Numbered from the stretch's first letter, positions 47,043 to 57,034 are shown. The stretch: DNA of 64,000 nucleotides from Polyangiaceae bacterium (GCA_965222375.1 CBDCTZ010000003.1:1-64000); one strand, 5' to 3'. Program-made: numbers and translations. The notes: a model not told the origin generated them from the letters alone.

Positions 47043-48071
47043 TCACTCGCGCGCTGGCAGAGTGCGTTGATTCGCCAGCTCTTGCAGGCTGCGGCCCAAG
47101 CTCACCACGACGTGAGCGAAACGTTCGTAGTCCAAGCGCTCATGGGTGTCCGTGGGCTTGTGATAGTGCGCAAACCGAAACGGAGCCGTATCCGTGACCA
47201 TCACCGCGGGCACGCCGATCTGCCAAAATGACCAATGGTCCGACCAACCCACCCCCGGCAAGCCCGGAGGTAGGGCATCACTCTCGACAGCGACAGGGCC
47301 GCTCTCGCGGAGGAGCTTGGCGAAGCGATCCGTGAGCGCTCGTGAGGCCGTATCCGAAACTACCGCGACGAAGTTTCCAACCGTGGGGTGCTTTTCCTGG
47401 AGCCCCTTGGGGTAGCGCTGCGAACCCACCTTGTCACTGTACACGCCCAGGCTCTCGAGGCTCAGCATCGCCAGCATTCGGTCGCCCCGAGCCAACGCGT
47501 GCTTGGCATAGACCAGGCTACCCATGCGCTCGGTTTGAAAGTAGGGCGGCTCCTCGTTGGCGAAAAACACGAAACGCACGGTGCGGCGGAGCTTCCTGCC
47601 ACGGAAGCGGCGTGCCAGTGCCAACAGCGCCGCGGTGCCACTAGCGTTGTCGTCCGCTCCCGGGCTTCCGACGGCGGAGTCATAGTGGGCACCCACGACG
47701 ATGATCTCGTCTCCGCGCTCTGCACCCCGGGCGTCGACCTCGAGATTCTGCGCAATGACGTCGTCCACTTCGTAGCCCTGACGCCCAACCTCGTAACCTG
47801 CCTCGCTCAATTGGTCGGCCAAGTAGTCCGCGGCCGCCGCAAGCTCCCAATGCTTCTTGGGGTTTCGTTCGCCAATCTTGCCCGACAGGTGCGCTACCGT
47901 CGCCTTCAGCTCCGCGACCAGCTGGCGATCGGCGGCCGGCAGCTGCGGGGCGGAGCCCTCGGACGGGTCCTTGTCGACCGTCTGCACCTTCTTGTCCGGG
48001 GACTGGCTTCGGGGCGCTGGCCCGCAGTGGACCAGGCATACGCAGAGCGCAAACCAACGCATAATTCTCAT
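47043..48071 (-). CDS. M28 family peptidase, lipoprotein
   Basis: VGAHYDS..SPGADDNASG, FANEEPP, SLE, WSDH, YHKPTD. Confidence 0.92.
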   Translation of the reverse strand: MRIMRWFALCVCLVHCGPAPRSQSPDKKVQTVDKDPSEGSAPQLPAADRQLVAELKATVAHLSGKIGERNPKKHWELAAAADYLADQLSEAGYEVGRQGYEVDDVIAQNLEVDARGAERGDEIIVVGAHYDSAVGSPGADDNASGTAALLALARRFRGRKLRRTVRFVFFANEEPPYFQTERMGSLVYAKHALARGDRMLAMLSLESLGVYSDKVGSQRYPKGLQEKHPTVGNFVAVVSDTASRALTDRFAKLLRESGPVAVESDALPPGLPGVGWSDHWSFWQIGVPAVMVTDTAPFRFAHYHKPTDTHERLDYERFAHVVVSLGRSLQELANQRTLPARE

Positions 48072-48164
48072 GGCCTGGCCGCACGCTGAACAAATTCCGA
48101 GCGGGCGGCAAGCGGCCAGACAGCACTGGGCGACAACCTTGGTTTCGGATACGGTAGCCGACCC

Positions 48165-48677
48165 TTGGCAGACGCCGCGGCACAATCGCCCCTGGTGGGC
48201 ATCATCATGGGCTCTCGTAGCGATTGGGAGACCATGCAGCACGCCGCCAGTATGCTCGAGCAGCTCGGTGTGCCCCACGAGGTGCAGGTCGTTTCCGCGC
48301 ATCGCACTCCAGATCTGTTGTTCGACTACGCCTCGGGCGCCGCGGACCGCGGCCTGTGTGTGATCATCGCGGGCGCGGGCGGCGCAGCGCACCTGCCGGG
48401 TATGGCAGCCGCGAAGACCCTGTTGCCCGTACTGGGCGTGCCCGTGGAAAGCCGCGCCCTGAAGGGCATGGACTCACTGCTGTCCATCGCGCAGATGCCC
48501 AAGGGCGTGCCGGTAGGAACTTTGGCCATCGGCGCAGCGGGAGCCGCCAACGCCGCACTCCTAGCGACGTCGATCTTGGCCACGTCGCGGCCGGAGTTCC
48601 GAAAACCCCTGGCTGCCTTTCGCGCGGAGCAGACCAAGAACGTACTGGACAGGCCGGACCCGCGAAATGGCCCTTAG
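48165..48677 (+). CDS. purE: N5-carboxyaminoimidazole ribonucleotide mutase
   Basis: [37 protein letters not shown]. Confidence 0.97.
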   Translation: MADAAAQSPLVGIIMGSRSDWETMQHAASMLEQLGVPHEVQVVSAHRTPDLLFDYASGAADRGLCVIIAGAGGAAHLPGMAAAKTLLPVLGVPVESRALKGMDSLLSIAQMPKGVPVGTLAIGAAGAANAALLATSILATSRPEFRKPLAAFRAEQTKNVLDRPDPRNGP

Positions 48678-49788
48678 CGTAGGCGTGCTCGGAGCCGGGC
48701 AGCTCGGGCGCATGCTGGCCCTGGCGGGAGCGCCGCTCGGCATGCGATTCGTGTTCGTTGATCCCAAGGAAAGCTCGCCGGCATCGGCTTACGGTCGGCA
48801 CATCGTCGCCGACTACGCCGACGCCGCTGCACTGGACGAACTGGCCAAGTGCGATGTGGTGACTTACGAATTCGAGAGTATTCCGACTGCGGCAGTCGAG
48901 GGGCTCAACGGGCGCGTCGATGTTTTCCCATCAGCCCGCGCCCTGTCGGTGGCCCGAGACCGCTTGGAGGAAAAACGACTGTTTTCCAAGCTCGGCATTC
49001 CGACGCCCCGCTACATGCCTGTCGCCGCTCCCCAAGCGCTGTCCCTCGCGGTCAAAGAGGTCGGGTTGCCCTGTGTGCTCAAGACCCGCACCGAAGGCTA
49101 CGACGGAAAAGGCCAGGTAGTGGTGCGAGACGGCGACGAAGTCGCGGCGATCTGGGCGCAGGTCGAAGGGCGCCTCTGCATCCTCGAGAGTTTCGTCGCT
49201 TTCAGCCGCGAACTGAGCGTGATCGCAGCCCGCACACCAGACGGCACCTTGGGGTTCTACCCGCTGATGGAAAACGTCCATGACCACGGCGTGTTGCGAA
49301 CCAGCCGCTGTCTGGGCGCGGACGTCGCTCCTGCCCTCGAGGCGCAGGCCCAGAGCCACGCCACCAAGCTGATGGAAGAGTTGGACTACGTCGGGGTGCT
49401 GGCGCTGGAGCTCTTCCAAGTGGGCGACGAGCTCTGGGCCAACGAGATCGCCCCGCGGGTGCACAACACGGGGCACTTCAGCATCGAAGGCGCCCGCACG
49501 AGCCAATTCGAAAACCACCTGCGCGCCATTACAGGTCTACCTCTGGGTGAGACCGACGCCGTTTCCCCATGCGCGATGGTCAACTGCGTGGGCGCGATGC
49601 CCAAGGCAGAAGATGTACTCGCGGTGCCCGACACGCACCTGCACGACTACGACAAGGCGCCGCGCCCCGGGCGAAAAGTGGGTCACGTGACCGTGCGCGC
49701 ACCCGATTCGGAAACGCTTTCCACGCGTTTGCGCCAACTCGAGACGATTTGCCCCTGGATTCTGCGTTCGGCGGAAGATGCAAAATAG
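48667..49788 (+). CDS. purK: N5-carboxyaminoimidazole ribonucleotide synthase
   Basis: [52 protein letters not shown]. Confidence 0.96.
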   Translation: MALSVGVLGAGQLGRMLALAGAPLGMRFVFVDPKESSPASAYGRHIVADYADAAALDELAKCDVVTYEFESIPTAAVEGLNGRVDVFPSARALSVARDRLEEKRLFSKLGIPTPRYMPVAAPQALSLAVKEVGLPCVLKTRTEGYDGKGQVVVRDGDEVAAIWAQVEGRLCILESFVAFSRELSVIAARTPDGTLGFYPLMENVHDHGVLRTSRCLGADVAPALEAQAQSHATKLMEELDYVGVLALELFQVGDELWANEIAPRVHNTGHFSIEGARTSQFENHLRAITGLPLGETDAVSPCAMVNCVGAMPKAEDVLAVPDTHLHDYDKAPRPGRKVGHVTVRAPDSETLSTRLRQLETICPWILRSAEDAK

Positions 49789-49900
49789 CTAATAAATTCA
49801 AACATTTGTAGCACGCGCGCCCAGGTTCTTTGTGGTCGGGGTTGCCGTGGCGTCGGCATCGCGGGCTATCCTCCCGCCGCTTCTCACGGAGGATAACGCG

Positions 49901-50674
49901 ATGAAAAAAGCACTTTCCATGCTCACTTTCTCGGCCGTCGTGGCCACGTCCGGTTCAGCTCTGGCGCAGGCGCAAGGCCAGTGGGGCGGAACCTACCAGC
50001 CACAGATGCCGCGACGCTCGACGAGCATCGACAACCTCGGCGAAGAGATGCAGTTCGTCTTCGGTGTCGACGGCGTGATGGGCGTGGACATCATCCGCGA
50101 CAAGACTGAACGAAGTGCGGGCGGACAGACCGTAGAAACCACCCAGAAGTCCTCTCAGATCAGCTTGTTCGGCGGTGGCGCCGCCGTCCTGCCGCGTCTG
50201 GCCCTGGACTACTTCGTCACCGAGGGCATCAGTGTGGGCGGCTCTTTCATCTTCATCAGTCGAAGCGGCGAGATAGAAACCAGCGGCGGGGGGCAATCAC
50301 AAACCCAGGATGGTGGGAGTCAACAGCTCCTCGCGATACACCCCCGCGTCGGGTATGCATTTCCCTTCGATGAGACTTTTTCGATCTGGCCTCGGCTAGG
50401 CTTCCTGTACACCAGTACCGCGAACACACCGGGTGACCCCGTGGGTGGCGGCACGGCGGGTCCAGACACGACGGACACGGCCACCGACGTTACGCTCGAA
50501 GCCATGGTTGGGATCTCGCCGTTCTCCCACTTCGCCATCCTGGTCGGCCCGTATCTGTACTTGGGCCTCGGCGGCAAAGACGAATCGCCAGCGGCCACGG
50601 GCAATGGCGTCGACGAAGACGACCGCACGCTGACCCTGTATGGCCTGACGACCAGCATCGTCGGCTACTACTGA
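49901..50674 (+). CDS. Outer-membrane beta-barrel protein
   Basis: GGAGG SD, signal peptide, alternating beta strands (PRVGY, SIWPRLG), aromatic C-terminus GYY. Confidence 0.75.
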   Translation: MKKALSMLTFSAVVATSGSALAQAQGQWGGTYQPQMPRRSTSIDNLGEEMQFVFGVDGVMGVDIIRDKTERSAGGQTVETTQKSSQISLFGGGAAVLPRLALDYFVTEGISVGGSFIFISRSGEIETSGGGQSQTQDGGSQQLLAIHPRVGYAFPFDETFSIWPRLGFLYTSTANTPGDPVGGGTAGPDTTDTATDVTLEAMVGISPFSHFAILVGPYLYLGLGGKDESPAATGNGVDEDDRTLTLYGLTTSIVGYY

Positions 50675-50690
50675 GCAGCCCTGGCTCAAA

Positions 50691-50730
50691 AACGCGCGTG
50701 TCCATCAGGACGCGCGCGTTCTTGTTTTGT
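50691..50730 (+). terminator. Rho-independent terminator
   Basis: AACGCGCGTGTCC-atca-GGACGCGCGCGTT followed by CTTGTTTTGT. Confidence 0.8.
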
Positions 50731-50732
50731 GC

Positions 50733-50870
50733 GGAGCTCGCGGAACACCGAGCGCCAACGCACCCGTGCCCGGGCGAAGTACGGCTGCCTTGTGTGGGGA
50801 CTTGCGGAACACGAGGCATCAAAGCAGCCCTTCTCGGCGATGCACGGCTGCCTGCTGCGGGAGTGGAATA
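50733..50870. repeat. Degenerate tandem repeat, ~64-bp unit, ~2.2 copies
   Basis: GCGGAACAC at 50740 and 50804; ACGGCTGCCT at 50781 and 50844; the intervening bases align. Confidence 0.7.
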
Positions 50871-50898
50871 CGCGAAATCGGGCTGCTTGGCGCGCGGC

Positions 50899-51633
50899 TT
50901 AATCCGCATGGAACTGGGGCGCCAGAGAGCGCACCAGTGCCTGCACGATGCGCCGGCGAACCACGGCTTCTACGGCGAGGTCTTGCCGTACTTCCAGCTC
51001 GACAGCTTGGCAGCCATGGCGAGCTGCGTGCATGTCCGCGGAATACATCATCCCCAGCTTGCCCGAATACGGCGTGTTCATCCCGACCCGCAAGCCAGTC
51101 TCAGCCAGAGCATCCGCCACGCGTTGTGCCAAGGCTTCGTCGTGGTCGAAGAGCACGCCCACCTCCAGCTCCCGCACCGTACCTTCGTACTCGGGGGTGA
51201 AGGTGTGCATGGCAAGGACAACTTCCGCCGTCGCGTTGACGAGGGTTTCGTGCACCGTCTCGTGATAAGCGTCGTACAGGCGTCGCTTACGAACAGCCTG
51301 CTCACCCTCGCTCAGATGGGCGTTCATGTGCAGCAGCCTGCCCTCGGCCTCGGTGCGAAAGAGCGTATCCGAGCCTTGGGGTCGATTGGGATCGATCAAG
51401 AGTCGTGAAAAGCGCGACAGCACCGCAGGCGCGCCCAGGGCCACGGTCACGTCCCGAGTCAGGTCGCTGGCGCCAATGTCGTAGGCCCAATGCGTGCCGA
51501 CCACCCAGCGGTCTTCCTCGGGCCATTCCCAAGGCTCGGGCAGACGCTCGGAAGCATGCTCGCAGGTGAGTACCACATGCGCTTCAGGCTGACCGGAGAT
51601 GATCTCGACTGCATCTTCGTGACGAACTTCCAT
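50899..51633 (-). CDS. N-formylglutamate amidohydrolase family protein
   Basis: LTCEHAS, H.AYDIGA, SRLLIDPNR, YH, HTFTP, N.PYSG, ELEVRQD. Confidence 0.9.
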   Translation of the reverse strand: MEVRHEDAVEIISGQPEAHVVLTCEHASERLPEPWEWPEEDRWVVGTHWAYDIGASDLTRDVTVALGAPAVLSRFSRLLIDPNRPQGSDTLFRTEAEGRLLHMNAHLSEGEQAVRKRRLYDAYHETVHETLVNATAEVVLAMHTFTPEYEGTVRELEVGVLFDHDEALAQRVADALAETGLRVGMNTPYSGKLGMMYSADMHAARHGCQAVELEVRQDLAVEAVVRRRIVQALVRSLAPQFHAD

Positions 51634-51727
51634 GACGCTGTATCAAGTGTTCTAGACCATCTGCCTGGCAGCGTCACTGATCGGGGCGGGTCGCCAAGAG
51701 GTGTGAAGCAGGCGTATAAGAGTCATC

Positions 51728-52561
51728 ATGCTCCGCTCGAGATCGAGCTGGTCGTCGGGAAGGCAGTTCGACTCGGATGGCGTCCGGATCTTCTTCACTG
51801 ACGAGGGCGCCGGGCCCCCGGTGGTGCTCGTGCACGGCTTTGCCGTGAGCGGAGACTTGAACTTCCGCGTTCCTGGGGTCACTCGTCGTTTGCGAAAACG
51901 CCATCGGGTCATTTCGGTTGACCAGCGGGGCCACGGCCAGAGCGACAAGCCCCGCGCCGAAACCGCCTATGGCGTGCACATGGCCCACGATCTGATTCGA
52001 CTACTTGACCACCTCGGACTCGAGCGCGCGCATTTTCTGGGCTACTCCTTGGGCGGTTTCGTGGCTCTGAAGCTCGCCTGCCTGGCGCCCGAGCGTCTTC
52101 TCAGCCTGGGGGTTCTCGGGGCTGGCTTCGAGACCGCGGCCAGCGGCGGGTCGTCCTTCTTGGAGGCGATCCCAAAGTTGGCAGACGCCCTGGAGGCGGG
52201 TCGCGGTGTGGGTCCTCTCAGTGGGCACATGGGCGACGAGCGACGGCGACCCTCGCTGCGCCACCGCGCCTGGGTGCGACTCGTGACTCGTTTCTTGAAT
52301 GATCAGCGTGCGTTGATTGGCGTGATTCGGAGCGCGCCGGATCTAGCCGTGACGGCAGACAGCTTGGCTGAGCTGCGAATCCCCGTATGCAGTGTCGTAG
52401 GCAGCCGCGATCCCCTCATAAGCGGCGCCCGGGCGCTGTGCGAAGCGGTGCCCCAGTGCACCCTGACCACCATTGCGGGCGCCGACCATGTTCAGGTTCC
52501 AATGCGCTCGGAATTCAGTCGGGCCCTGGAACAGTTCCTGTGTCGAGCCCACCAAGCCTGA
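51728..52561 (+). CDS. Alpha/beta hydrolase
   Basis: LVHGF, DQRGHGQSDKP, GYSLGG, GSRD, GADH. Confidence 0.9.
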   Translation: MLRSRSSWSSGRQFDSDGVRIFFTDEGAGPPVVLVHGFAVSGDLNFRVPGVTRRLRKRHRVISVDQRGHGQSDKPRAETAYGVHMAHDLIRLLDHLGLERAHFLGYSLGGFVALKLACLAPERLLSLGVLGAGFETAASGGSSFLEAIPKLADALEAGRGVGPLSGHMGDERRRPSLRHRAWVRLVTRFLNDQRALIGVIRSAPDLAVTADSLAELRIPVCSVVGSRDPLISGARALCEAVPQCTLTTIAGADHVQVPMRSEFSRALEQFLCRAHQA

Positions 52562-52652
52562 CCCGGCTTTTGCGCGAGGGCAGGCGCGTGGTATTGGAGG
52601 CATCGGGTTTTGCGGCCCAGAGTAGTTCGGTGGATGCTTGGGAGGACAGCAC

Positions 52653-53495
52653 ATGAGAGTGCGTGGCGTTTTTGCGATTCTGGGCGTGTTCGGAGTGGCG
52701 AGCCTCGCAGGGGCCTGCGGCGGTAGCTCCGACGAGGATCCGGCAGCGGGCGGAAAATCTGGCGCAAGTGGTGCCGCTGGCAGCTCTGGCAGTAGCAGCG
52801 GCGGCAGCGCCGGAACGTCCTCGGGAGGAAGCTCCGGTTCCTCGAGCGGCGGCACATCTGGTGGCGGTGCCGGTGGCTCGGCAGGCACGGCGGCCGCCGC
52901 AGGCGCCGGTGGCGGTGCGGGTGCTGGCGGCGCAGCGGGCGCTGGTGGCGGTGCGGGCGCCGGTGGCGCAGCAGGCGCCGGTGGCAGTGCGGGCTCCGGC
53001 GGCAGCGGTGGTGCTCCCCCAACCTGCCCCGCGAACAAGCCCCAGACAGGCAACAGCTGCAACTCTGCAGCGCCCGGGCAATTCTGCACCTACGGCACCG
53101 AGCAATGCAATTGCTGGAACGGCAATTGGGATTGCGACAATTGCCCAACCGCGAAGCCCGCGAACAACAGCAGCTGCTTCGGCGGGGGGTTCAATACCTC
53201 GCAATGCGACTACGGTTCCGAGCAATGCACCTGTTACGGCGGAGATTGGGACTGCTACAGCTGTCCAGCGCAGCAGCCCGCAGATAACTCTAGCTGCAAC
53301 ATGGCCGGCGTGAAGTGCGCATACGCCTCCGTCGAGTGTTTCTGTTGGCAAGGCGATTGGAACTGCAACGGCAACTTGCCGGGCTGTCCCCAAAACCCGC
53401 CGAACCCAGGTAGCACCTGCAGCGGCAACAACCTGCAGTGTAGCTGGGGCGGGTTGAACTGTCTGTGCTTCAACGGAAACTGGTTCTGCAACTAA
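52653..53495 (+). CDS. Gly-rich/Cys-rich lipoprotein, four 6-Cys modules (paralog 1)
   Basis: GGAGG SD; lipobox AGAC; Gly/Ser/Ala stalk; CP...P....C..C.YG...C.C....W.C x4. Confidence 0.85.
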   Translation: MRVRGVFAILGVFGVASLAGACGGSSDEDPAAGGKSGASGAAGSSGSSSGGSAGTSSGGSSGSSSGGTSGGGAGGSAGTAAAAGAGGGAGAGGAAGAGGGAGAGGAAGAGGSAGSGGSGGAPPTCPANKPQTGNSCNSAAPGQFCTYGTEQCNCWNGNWDCDNCPTAKPANNSSCFGGGFNTSQCDYGSEQCTCYGGDWDCYSCPAQQPADNSSCNMAGVKCAYASVECFCWQGDWNCNGNLPGCPQNPPNPGSTCSGNNLQCSWGGLNCLCFNGNWFCN

Positions 53496-53507
53496 AGGGT
53501 AAGGAGA

Positions 53508-54311
53508 ATGGTCATGAAGGTGCGTAGCGTAGTTGCGGTTCTTGGCGTTCTTGGCACGGCGTCTCTGACCGGCGCCTGTGGTGGCTCCGACGAAGCCGAC
53601 CTGGCCTCAGGAGGCCAAGCCGGTGCGAGCGGGGCCGCGGGCAGCTCGGGCAGCAGCAGTGGCGGCAGCTCCGGGTCATCCTCGGGCGGAACCGCGGGTT
53701 CGTCGAGTGGCGGTAGTGCCGGGGCCGGCGGTGGTGCCGGCGCAGGCGCCAACGCAGGAGCTGGAGGCGGCGCGGGGGCCGGTGGCGCGGCCGGTTCCGC
53801 AGGCAGCGCGGGCGCAGGGGGGGGCACCGGCGGTGCGCCACCGGCCTGCCCTCCGAACAAACCCCAAAACAACAGTAGTTGTACGACCGCCGGGGCCGGA
53901 CAGTTCTGCACCTACGGCAACGAACAGTGCAACTGTTGGAACAACCAGTGGGACTGCGACGACTGCCCGACCACCAAGCCCGCCAACAACAGCAGCTGTT
54001 CCGGCAGTTTCACATCCCAGTGTGTCTACGGCAATGAGCAATGCACTTGCTACGGCGGCGACTGGGACTGCTACGGCTGCCCAGCGCAACAGCCTCCCAA
54101 CAACATGGCCTGCACGGCCACGGGCTTGAAGTGCTCCTACGGCAGCCAGGAGTGTGCCTGCTTCGGCGGCGACTGGGATTGCGAGAGCAACATCCCCACC
54201 TGTCCCCAGAATCCTCCAAACCCCGGCAGCAGCTGCCAGGGCGACGGACTGCAATGCAAGTGGGGTGGGTTCTCTTGCGTCTGTTTCCAAAACGACTGGT
54301 ACTGCAACTAG
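53508..54311 (+). CDS. Gly-rich/Cys-rich lipoprotein, four 6-Cys modules (paralog 2)
   Basis: AAGGAG SD; lipobox TGAC; co-linear with paralog 1. Confidence 0.85.
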   Translation: MVMKVRSVVAVLGVLGTASLTGACGGSDEADLASGGQAGASGAAGSSGSSSGGSSGSSSGGTAGSSSGGSAGAGGGAGAGANAGAGGGAGAGGAAGSAGSAGAGGGTGGAPPACPPNKPQNNSSCTTAGAGQFCTYGNEQCNCWNNQWDCDDCPTTKPANNSSCSGSFTSQCVYGNEQCTCYGGDWDCYGCPAQQPPNNMACTATGLKCSYGSQECACFGGDWDCESNIPTCPQNPPNPGSSCQGDGLQCKWGGFSCVCFQNDWYCN

Positions 54312-54423
54312 GCAACAGTCGCGTCAGCCACCGCGCCCCAGCGCCACATGCGGGATCTCGAGTCATGTCCTGAAGCCTTGGCGTGGTCAGAAGCGTAGGG
54401 CAAGTGAGAATGCTGCAGGTCGC

Positions 54424-55005
54424 TCAGAGCAGCGTCTTAGCGTCATCGAGTAGCTTCTGCATCTCGGCGTCATCACTACTTCGATAGTATCCGACGATGG
54501 CTAGTTTCGGCCCAACCAGAATCAGGTGAGTCCCATGAAGCAAGCCCATGTGTTCCTTGGACTCGTCAGGTTCGCCTTCGAGCGCAACCTTGAATCCCTG
54601 GACGGCTGTCTTTTTGACGACCTCCAGGTCACCGGTTAGTAGCGTGAAGCGGCTCTCGATGAGGCCCTTGTCTTTGACGTATTGATCGAGCACCGCCGGT
54701 GTGTCGTTTTCCGGATCCACGCTGAACATCACGAACTGCACACCAAGTCTCCGCTTGGCGGCAATCTCCGAAAGCGACTTCATTCGTGCTGTGATCTTCG
54801 GACAGATCGTGGGACAGCGAGTGAAGAAGAAGGCGGCAATCCAGACTTTGTCGACGAGTTCCGCTGAGCCTGACGGTTGGTTGTGCTGACTTGTCAGCGA
54901 AAATGCCGGCAAAGTGTACAGCGTCTTGGGCTTGTCCTGCTTGCATCCGGGTGCGCCAATGCAAACCAAGCCAGCGAGCAGCTGTCGTCGTCCGAGGGTA
55001 GTCAT
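54424..55005 (-). CDS. SCO1/SenC copper chaperone
   Basis: FFFTRCPTICP, SVDPENDTP, conserved His (LLHGTH). Confidence 0.92.
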   Translation of the reverse strand: MTTLGRRQLLAGLVCIGAPGCKQDKPKTLYTLPAFSLTSQHNQPSGSAELVDKVWIAAFFFTRCPTICPKITARMKSLSEIAAKRRLGVQFVMFSVDPENDTPAVLDQYVKDKGLIESRFTLLTGDLEVVKKTAVQGFKVALEGEPDESKEHMGLLHGTHLILVGPKLAIVGYYRSSDDAEMQKLLDDAKTLL

Positions 55006-56051
55006 GATTCGGAGCGGGTGCGGTCGTAGAGATCCCGGACGAGTTCGTGACTTGGCTTTGCTTGTCCCCGGGCGATGGCCCAGACTTGGTCCCGGGCCGC
55101 GGTGTTCACGGGGGTCGGGATTCCGTGGGGCTTGGCACGCTCCACGACTTCTCCGTTGAGGAAGTCCACTGCTGGGAGACGGCCGCGTTCGATGGCCGCC
55201 AGCATGCTCGAGCGTAGCCGGCGGTAGCGCGCACCTACAGCCAACAGCAAGGTGTGCTTCGCCAAGAGCCCGGGAGAACCCGCTGCGGTTTGCTCGGCCT
55301 CGGTCAGAGCGATCCAATTCAGATCCAGAGTGCCACTGACCTTTTCCAGCGCAACGCCCTCGGCCACTGCCACGTGTACGGTCTCAGTCATGATGTCGAG
55401 AGCCAAGCGACGCACGTAGCGGTGGCGCATGAGCGCTCCCAGTCGGTCGCCTCCAATGGTGCCGAGGGCGGAGATCGCGGCATTGATGGCAAGTTTGCTC
55501 CAGCGGGCACCGAGTAGGTTGTCGCTGATGTTCACTGGGCCGACCGCTTCGAGCAAGCGCGACAGTTCTTCGGTCGCTTCGTCCGAGGGCCCCTCCAATC
55601 GACCCAGGGTGAAACCGCCCGCGGAGGTGCGTTCGTACACGCCGGGCTCGAGCATGGAAGCACCCCAGGCGACCACCGCACCCATCACAGACTCGGGGGG
55701 GCAGACCTTGGCCACGCGCATCTCGCACAGCCCGTTCTGAAAGCAGACCATATTGCCGTCATCGGCCAGCATGTCGATGCTACTGCTCGCGGCGTCTTCG
55801 ACCTGGGGGGGCTGGGTGGCGAGCAAGATGAAGTCGAACTTCTGTGCGGCGTCGGGGCGCTCGAGCACGCTTGCGGGCTTCATGGGCACCGGTGCGTCGG
55901 GTCCCGTCACGCGCACGCCGCTGTCTCTGAGCGCCGCGGCGATCGCTGGGTTCGTAGTGAGCACGCTCACCTCCTGGCCGATCTCGAGCAGGGTGCCGGC
56001 GAGCACGCCGCCAATGGCTCCACAGCCCACCACCAAGATGCGCGGTTGCAT
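55002..56051 (-). CDS. panE: 2-dehydropantoate 2-reductase (ketopantoate reductase)
   Basis: VVGCGAIGG, FQNGL, WSKLAINA, SSML.....GR...VDFLNG, IPTPVN. Confidence 0.85.
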   Translation of the reverse strand: MQPRILVVGCGAIGGVLAGTLLEIGQEVSVLTTNPAIAAALRDSGVRVTGPDAPVPMKPASVLERPDAAQKFDFILLATQPPQVEDAASSSIDMLADDGNMVCFQNGLCEMRVAKVCPPESVMGAVVAWGASMLEPGVYERTSAGGFTLGRLEGPSDEATEELSRLLEAVGPVNISDNLLGARWSKLAINAAISALGTIGGDRLGALMRHRYVRRLALDIMTETVHVAVAEGVALEKVSGTLDLNWIALTEAEQTAAGSPGLLAKHTLLLAVGARYRRLRSSMLAAIERGRLPAVDFLNGEVVERAKPHGIPTPVNTAARDQVWAIARGQAKPSHELVRDLYDRTRSES

Positions 56052-56310
56052 GGGCCAGACCTAGCGTGCCAAGGCAGCCGGGTCACGAGCTGATGAAATG
56101 CCAGCGTCAGCTGAATCCCGGCTGCATCCCCTTGAGTCCCGCCCGCTCCGGACGAACGCCAAAGCGCAAACCTCTTTGATTTCCAACAGATACGATCCAG
56201 TGTCGCAAAAGCTTGCCAGAGTTGGACAAATTGGGTACTCAGCGCACGCACATTGGAGCACCTGAACGGGCGTTGGCTGACGAGACCAGCGCATTTCTCG
56301 GGAGGAGCCC

Positions 56311-56370
56311 ATGAGACACCTAAGAAAACTCCTAGATCGCCTTCGCCACGCCAGCCCGGCGTTTGCGTGA
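56311..56370 (+). CDS. Candidate 19-aa small protein/leader peptide MRHLRKLLDRLRHASPAFA
   Basis: GGAGG SD at 56301-56305, ATG at 56311, TGA at 56368-56370; below the ORF-track size cutoff. Confidence 0.4.
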   Translation: MRHLRKLLDRLRHASPAFA

Positions 56371-56467
56371 GTCGCAAGTCTATCGGCCGTCTCTGACGGC
56401 TGCTTACGAACACCCCGGCTTCCTTCTTCATTCTTAAGCTTAACTTTCCGGGGCATTCTCAGGCGCG

Positions 56468-56947
56468 ATGCTCATTCGGCCGGCGCGGGATGACGATGAA
56501 CACCAGCTGATTCGGTTGATCAGCGACGTTTTCGCCGAGTACCCCAACTGCGTCATGGACGTCGACGGCGAGATCCCCGAGCTGCGTCGGATTGCGTCCT
56601 ACTTCGAGGAGCACGAGGGCGAGTTCTGGGTGGCTGAACACGATGGCCGCGTGGTCGGATGCATCGGTCACACGCCCGCGGCGAACCCAACTGGCATCGA
56701 GCTGAAGAAGCTATACGTCGACGCGAGTGCACGGGTCGGCGGCGTCGGCACCAAGCTGCTCGCGAAAGTGGAAGAAGCCGCCCGAGCCAGGAGGGCGAAG
56801 TTCATCGACCTGTGGAGCGACACGCGCTTCCACACCGCCCACGGCTTCTACTCCAAGCGTGGCTACGCGAAGACCGGCCAAACACGAGAGCTCTTCGACA
56901 AGAGCGACACCGTCGAATTCTACTTCAAGAAGACCCTCGACGGCTGA
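56468..56947 (+). CDS. GNAT family N-acetyltransferase
   Basis: IRPA..D, VVGCIG, ELKKLYV..ARVGGVG.KLL, AHGFY.KRGY. Confidence 0.92.
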   Translation: MLIRPARDDDEHQLIRLISDVFAEYPNCVMDVDGEIPELRRIASYFEEHEGEFWVAEHDGRVVGCIGHTPAANPTGIELKKLYVDASARVGGVGTKLLAKVEEAARARRAKFIDLWSDTRFHTAHGFYSKRGYAKTGQTRELFDKSDTVEFYFKKTLDG

Positions 56948-57034
56948 CGCGCAATACCAACGGAACGAGTCCGCGCATCCGCGCAGGGCGCGGCGCTGGA
57001 CGCCGTTTCCCTGATGAGGCAAGGCGGGGAAGCG

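Noticed and set aside
49796..49808. IHF-like site ATTCAAacatTTG upstream of the OMP gene
   Set aside because: One mismatch to a short degenerate consensus and no sigma-54 promoter seen nearby; too weak to call.
56090..56300. Hammerhead ribozyme (CTGATGA at ~56090 and CTGACGA at ~56277)
   Set aside because: Neither is followed by a stem II plus GAAA core and an NUH cleavage site in the required arrangement.
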